Shown: in pieces, positions 59,861 to 64,000 of the stretch
Numbering within the stretch: the stretch's first letter is position 1
How the letters are laid out: each line of letters begins with the position of its first letter
Origin: Longimicrobiales bacterium
GTDB taxonomy: Bacteria > Gemmatimonadota > Gemmatimonadetes > Longimicrobiales > Gaopeijiaceae
Assembly (NCBI GenBank): GCA_965249725.1
Contig: CBDFMQ010000002.1
Coordinates: 1,440,001-1,504,000, forward strand
Direction of reading: 5' to 3'
Length of the DNA: 64,000 bases
The notes under the pieces: generated by a model
Seen by the model: the letters and a program-made list of their open reading frames with translations, nothing else
What the model was told of the DNA's origin: nothing
Database searches by the model: none
Made by a program: the position numbers and the translations under genes

Positions 59861-60831
59861 GCCTTCCTCCAAGCCCTGAGGCGTGCGCTTCGGGCGCGCG
59901 GATTGCGAGCCACCTCGATGTCGCTCGCCCCGAGGGGCGTGCGGGTCAACGTCTTCCCCAGAGGCTCCCCACGACACGTACACAGCGGCATTCCGGGGGG
60001 GCACACGCAGGAGCGGCTCCACTCACGGAACGCGTTCTTCACCAGTCGGTCCTCTAGCGAGTGGTACGAGATCACGACCAGGGTCCCCTCGGGGGCCAGC
60101 GCCTCCCGGATTCTCGCAAGACCCTGCTCCAAAGCCTCCAACTCGCTGTTCACCGCAATCCTCAATGCCTGGAAGATCCTGGCCTTCTCCTTCGCCTTGG
60201 GCCCCCTGCCCAGTGCTCTCGAGTAGGCCGCCACGAGGTCATCGCTGGTGCGGAAGGGCGCGTCGCTCCTGCGGCTCACGACCTCCCGGGCCAACCGGCG
60301 TGCTCGAGGCTCTTCTCCGTACTCATGGAAGATCCGGGCCAACTCGGCCTCGCTGGACTCGTTCAAGACCTGGGCGGCGGTAAGGACCTCCGCGTCTTCC
60401 CCGTCCATACGCATGTCGAGGCCGACGTCGCGACGGAAGGTGAAGCCCCTCTCGTCCGCGTCGAGTTGATGCGAACTCACACCCAGATCCAGAAGCGCGC
60501 CGGCGAGCGGTTCGACGAGACCCATCTCGTCCACGGCTTCGTCGAAGCGGGTCTGCACGAAGCGAACGCGTCCGCCGAACGGGGCCAGGGCGGCTTCCGA
60601 GGCCGCTAGGGCCTCGGCATCACGATCCACCGCCAGGACACGGCACTCGCTGCACTGCTCGAGCAGCAAGCGGGAGTGTCCACCACCGCCCACAGTTCCG
60701 TCCAGGTAGAGACCGGACCCTGACGGGCCCATCAGCTCCATCACTTCGGCCGCCATTACCGGCTCGTGATATCGCACTCGATGCTCCGCCCGTTCAGTGA
60801 CCGCTACAGCGGCTCGCAGGATGAGGGCCAC
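59857..60831 (-). CDS. rsmH: 16S rRNA m4C1402 methyltransferase
   Basis: HEPVM, DGTVGGGGHS, DLGVSSHQLD, LDMRM, FQALRIAVN, ISYHSLEDR, NPRARSA. Exact start uncertain. Confidence 0.97.
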   Translation of the reverse strand: MALILRAAVAVTERAEHRVRYHEPVMAAEVMELMGPSGSGLYLDGTVGGGGHSRLLLEQCSECRVLAVDRDAEALAASEAALAPFGGRVRFVQTRFDEAVDEMGLVEPLAGALLDLGVSSHQLDADERGFTFRRDVGLDMRMDGEDAEVLTAAQVLNESSEAELARIFHEYGEEPRARRLAREVVSRRSDAPFRTSDDLVAAYSRALGRGPKAKEKARIFQALRIAVNSELEALEQGLARIREALAPEGTLVVISYHSLEDRLVKNAFREWSRSCVCPPGMPLCTCRGEPLGKTLTRTPLGASDIEVARNPRARSARLRAWRKA

Positions 60832-60834
60832 GGA

Positions 60835-61263
60835 TCAGCCAAAGATCTGGTTCGAGAATTTCTGGAATTCGCCGGTTCCGGTCTGGACCGCCTCGTCGAA
60901 GTGCGTCGGATTCCAGAGCTCCACTCGATCGATGTTTCCGACGAGAAGAACGCGTCCAGCCAGGCTGGCCGCCTCTTGCAGCCAGGCCGGGACCAGAATC
61001 CGCCCCTGCTTGTCGGGGCTGACCTCCACCGCGCTCGCCGCGATGGCAAGCACATCTCCCCAAGCCTCGGGCTGGTTGCGACGGAACGTGAGGAGTCGCT
61101 CCTGAGTCTGAGCCCAGGCCTGCCGGGGAAAGAGGGTGAGGGCAGGCGCCTTCCATTGGAGCAGCACGAAGCGGTCGCCATCAGCCTCCCGGCGAAACGC
61201 CGAGGGCAAGCTGACCCGCCCCTTCTGGTCTAGTTGGTACTCGTACCTGCCCAGAAAGCTCAT
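60835..61263 (-). CDS. mraZ: Transcriptional regulator MraZ
   Basis: FLGRYEYQLDQKGRVSLP, DKQGRILVP, DRVELWN. Confidence 0.96.
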   Translation of the reverse strand: MSFLGRYEYQLDQKGRVSLPSAFRREADGDRFVLLQWKAPALTLFPRQAWAQTQERLLTFRRNQPEAWGDVLAIAASAVEVSPDKQGRILVPAWLQEAASLAGRVLLVGNIDRVELWNPTHFDEAVQTGTGEFQKFSNQIFG

Positions 61264-61269
61264 GGAACC

Positions 61270-61347
61270 GTGGCACTTTGTGGGGAAATATGGTGAAAAG
61301 TGGTGATCCTTGGAGCCATAATACGGTAGGGCTTCGAGAACAGTCAA
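61270..61347 (-). promoter_or_regulatory. dcw promoter and MraZ-type operator
   Basis: TTGACT(61347-42)-18 bp-TATTAT(61323-18); five TGG at an exact 10-bp period on + (61271, 81, 91, 301, 311), three of them as GTGG. Confidence 0.78.
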
Positions 61348-61649
61348 CCCTTTTTGTGATAGATAGTTTTCGGTTTTTCTTTGGGTACAGGACCGAACGG
61401 TAGGACCCTTAACACGCTACGGCACCCGCACTTAGGGTTCTGATATCCGTTTCGGATTGGAGCTGGATTCGGGCAATTTCGGGAAACGGTTTTCGGTAAA
61501 CTCCGCCTTCCCCACTCTTCCCCACTCCTGGAGTCGTACCTACGGGTGGGCTCCACAGGCGCCTATTGGGCGGCACCGCACCGTGAAAACAAGGGATTGC
61601 ATGAGGGGGAGCGGACTGCCCGTGCGACTCGGGCCGGGAGGGAATGGGC

Positions 61650-61688
61650 AAAAAGAAAAGCGCCGCGGGGGGTGTCCCCCGCGGCGCT
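61650..61688 (-). terminator. Intrinsic terminator of the TPR gene
   Basis: 13-bp stem agcgccgcggggg/cccccgcggcgct, 4-nt loop, U-rich tail on the minus strand. Confidence 0.88.
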
Positions 61689-61728
61689 CCTGGCGCGACT
61701 GCCAGCGCCCTACTACTGAGTGGTGAGC

Positions 61729-61773
61729 CCTACCGGCCTCGTTTGAGGCCGAAGGCCTACCGGCCTCGCTTGA
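61729..61773. repeat. Direct duplication (18 bp, period 27) of the TPR gene 3' end including its stop
   Basis: cctaccggcctcgtttga and cctaccggcctcgcttga. Confidence 0.75.
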
Positions 61774-63505
61774 TGATCGCTTCCTGGATCTCGATGTAGG
61801 TGCCAACCGCATCGAGGAACTGTTGGAAGTTGATGGACGGAGTTCGGTCGGCATAGCCCTTGGACCGACGGAAGAGCGTCATTGCTTGCTGGAAGAGAGG
61901 CAATGACCGGTTGGCCGTCTCCACCGTCTCAGCTGATCCAACCGCCATCCCGCTGTAATAGAGGCTGTACGCGTGGTAGAAATCGAACTGCTCGCGCACC
62001 TGGGTGGTGACCTCGAACTCCTTGGCCTTTCTAATCAACTCGATGAACCGACCGTAGTTCTTCTGGGTGGGCTGTATGTAGCTCCTATAGGCGTGGCTGA
62101 AGATCATGTTCCCCGCCTGATCCGCCGCCGAGCCATTCGCTACAGCCTGCTGGAGCACGGGCACCGCGTCATCGACGCGCCCTACCTCGAGCAGCCAGTT
62201 CCCCATCCGCAGGTGCAGGTTGGGCCAATCAGGGTCGATCCCCTCGATCGTACCGAGGGCAACCACGGCCTCGTCCACCTGGCCGGCCTCCTTAAGCGCT
62301 CTCGCGTGGATATCCCACAGCGAAGCCTCTTCGGCATGTGACTCCAGCGCACGGCCGGAGAATTCGGCCGACGCGGCGGCATCACCCAACTGGAGGTGGG
62401 CCGCGGCCACATTGCGCAGCTGGGTGACCAGTGTCTCTCCACCCTTGGCCTCGAAGACCCTCTCGTACGCCTCGATGGCCTTTCGGTAGAGATCGGCGAC
62501 CTCGGGGGTCATCCCCTCGCCGCCATCGACCTGAGCCTCGCTGCGGACCTGCTCGGCCCCGGCGAAGGCGAAGTTCCCAACCTGCTCGTAGTAATCGATG
62601 TTCTCCGCATCGAGCGCGATGCCTTCGTCGATGAGCTCCATGGCACCGAGGGGGTCGCCCTCCTGAGCCAAGTCATAGGCGACCCGCATACGCACGGTGG
62701 CGTTGTTCGGATCGAGCTCCAGGTACTGACGATAATAATCGCGAGCGAGTTCCTCGTCGCCGCGGTTGATCGCGACGAAACCACCCAACAGAAGTGCGTT
62801 CTCATGGAACGGATCCCGCTCCAACAGGCGCTGGACCTCTTCGAGTGACTCATCCCAGCGCTCGGTCTGCCGGAGAACGTTGGCACGCGCATACCGAACC
62901 GAGTTCGCGTTCGGGTTCAGCTCGAGCGCGCGGTCACAGTTCTCGAGGGAGCTGTCCCACTGCTGGCTCTGAGCATAGTCGACGCAGAACACGGCTACGC
63001 GGGTCTGTTCCACGAAGAGCTTGAAGAGATCGACGATCTGCGAGGCCGCTTGCTCTTCCATCTTGTCGGCCGACGTAACCGGGTCAACGACAAATTCCTC
63101 GCCCGTGTTCGAGTCCACGAACTTGATGTTCTGGATCTCCCAACGCGCCTTGGTGCCGGTGTACTCGGCGCACAACACGACCTCGTAGTTCATCTGCGCT
63201 GCAAGCTGACGGGCCTGGATGCAGGTGAGGTTCTCCATCTTCAGGTCGAAACGCTTGAGCGCGTTCTTAATATCCTTCTCGCTCACCGCGGTGTGGGTGT
63301 TCAGATCACTGATCTGATCCCGCAGCTTATCGGCCAGCTTCTCACCGAACCCTTTGTTCTCCCCATTCATGGGGCGGAAGTCAGGAATGAGAACACGGAA
63401 GCGGCTGCTTACGGTCTGCTGGGCCTCAATGGCCGTGCTACCCAACACTGGCAACGCGAATAGTACGGCAGTAATCACACCCAGACGTCGACGTCCAGTC
63501 ATCAT
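61757..63505 (-). CDS. Secreted tetratricopeptide-repeat protein
   Basis: Signal peptide, TolB-N/CsgG-like VLIPDF segment, multiple TPRs (ALELNP, YLELDP, IALDA); AGGAG RBS. Confidence 0.85.
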   Translation of the reverse strand: MMTGRRRLGVITAVLFALPVLGSTAIEAQQTVSSRFRVLIPDFRPMNGENKGFGEKLADKLRDQISDLNTHTAVSEKDIKNALKRFDLKMENLTCIQARQLAAQMNYEVVLCAEYTGTKARWEIQNIKFVDSNTGEEFVVDPVTSADKMEEQAASQIVDLFKLFVEQTRVAVFCVDYAQSQQWDSSLENCDRALELNPNANSVRYARANVLRQTERWDESLEEVQRLLERDPFHENALLLGGFVAINRGDEELARDYYRQYLELDPNNATVRMRVAYDLAQEGDPLGAMELIDEGIALDAENIDYYEQVGNFAFAGAEQVRSEAQVDGGEGMTPEVADLYRKAIEAYERVFEAKGGETLVTQLRNVAAAHLQLGDAAASAEFSGRALESHAEEASLWDIHARALKEAGQVDEAVVALGTIEGIDPDWPNLHLRMGNWLLEVGRVDDAVPVLQQAVANGSAADQAGNMIFSHAYRSYIQPTQKNYGRFIELIRKAKEFEVTTQVREQFDFYHAYSLYYSGMAVGSAETVETANRSLPLFQQAMTLFRRSKGYADRTPSINFQQFLDAVGTYIEIQEAIIKRGR

Positions 63506-63617
63506 CCTCACTCCTGGATCGAATCCTTAAAACATTAGACTCCGGCGGTCCCCTCTTCGGGCTCCGCTGGAGCGTTGGCGAACTTGTGGCCTTTCATGTC
63601 TCTGAGGCCAGCAATAG

Positions 63618-63645
63618 AAAATATGCAGGGTGCCCAGGAGGTCAA
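63618..63645 (-). promoter_or_regulatory. Putative sigma70 promoter of the TPR gene
   Basis: TTGACC-16 bp-TATTTT on the minus strand. Confidence 0.5.
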
Positions 63646-63770
63646 CCGCCTTCTCCACACCCTGGCTTATCGGTAATACCGCCCGATGGCCAAATTTGTT
63701 ACAGCGCATGATTCCGCAGTGATGAGTGAATACTTCTGAACCGCGCCCCCCCGCCCGTCTCCAAGTTCAC

Positions 63771-64000
63771 CTAACCCCCCGGAGATTCAGCTCTGTCGAC
63801 CCGTTCGGCGACCTCCGGAAATGGTCCGTCCATCGCCTCGAGCGCGGCCCGAATCGCGTCCGGCACGGTCGTAGAGGTCTGTGCGGCGTAGTCGTACATC
63901 ACCTGCACACTGCTGCCGGACACGAGCACATCGCCCTCCGGCGACCGGGCCTCGTACTCCATGACGAAGTGCTTATCGGCGACGTGCGTGACTCGGACGC
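63771..64000 (-). CDS. 3' part of a hot-dog fold acyl-CoA thioesterase (YbgC-like)
   Basis: Frame open to the edge: VRVTHVADKHFVMEYEARS...SGSSVQVMYDY..TVPDAIR. Confidence 0.7.
   Translation of the reverse strand, partial: VRVTHVADKHFVMEYEARSPEGDVLVSGSSVQVMYDYAAQTSTTVPDAIRAALEAMDGPFPEVAERVDRAESPGG

Noticed and set aside
61348..61650. RNase P RNA or another ncRNA upstream of mraZ; LexA boxes from the TTCGG copies
   Set aside because: No GAGGAAAGUCC-type RNase P signature is visible, and the TTCG spacings are 17, 10 and 14 rather than 11.

Overview
High-GC bacterial chromosomal segment made almost entirely of core genes. Gene order and protein style suggest a diderm, probably Gemmatimonadota; this is inference, no database search was run. 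Left to right: partial HEAT-like gene; trpB-trpF-trpC; a divergent lexA; trpD; a long + strand run truA-transaldolase-htrA-purB-purC-psd-pssA-purS-purQ-purL-purF-add; a hicAB toxin-antitoxin pair; a ~1080-aa Ala/Gly/Thr-rich S-layer-like lipoprotein; a minus-strand run alr-cdd-lipoprotein-OM barrel-mtaB-miaB-lapA-like-comEC-fbp; mazG, a beta-barrel gene, msrP, a 2-hydroxyacid dehydrogenase, asnS; an extended dcw cluster (mraZ to ftsZ, then M23 peptidase, vWA protein, ftsY, recG); a TPR protein; a partial thioesterase. No rRNA, tRNA, CRISPR array, transposase, integrase or prophage was seen. The unexplained signal is mostly non-coding: (1) a candidate LexA operator TTCGGG-N5-TTCGGG filling the lexA promoter spacer; (2) twin long hairpins with unrelated stems but mutually complementary loops after asnS; (3) a sigma54 promoter and a 1-nt frameshift in the signal peptide of the S-layer-like gene; (4) a ~166-bp MITE-like element supplying the purF stop; (5) seven unrelated short tandem duplications at gene ends. 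I cannot claim a definitively new multi-gene system; these are the best candidates.
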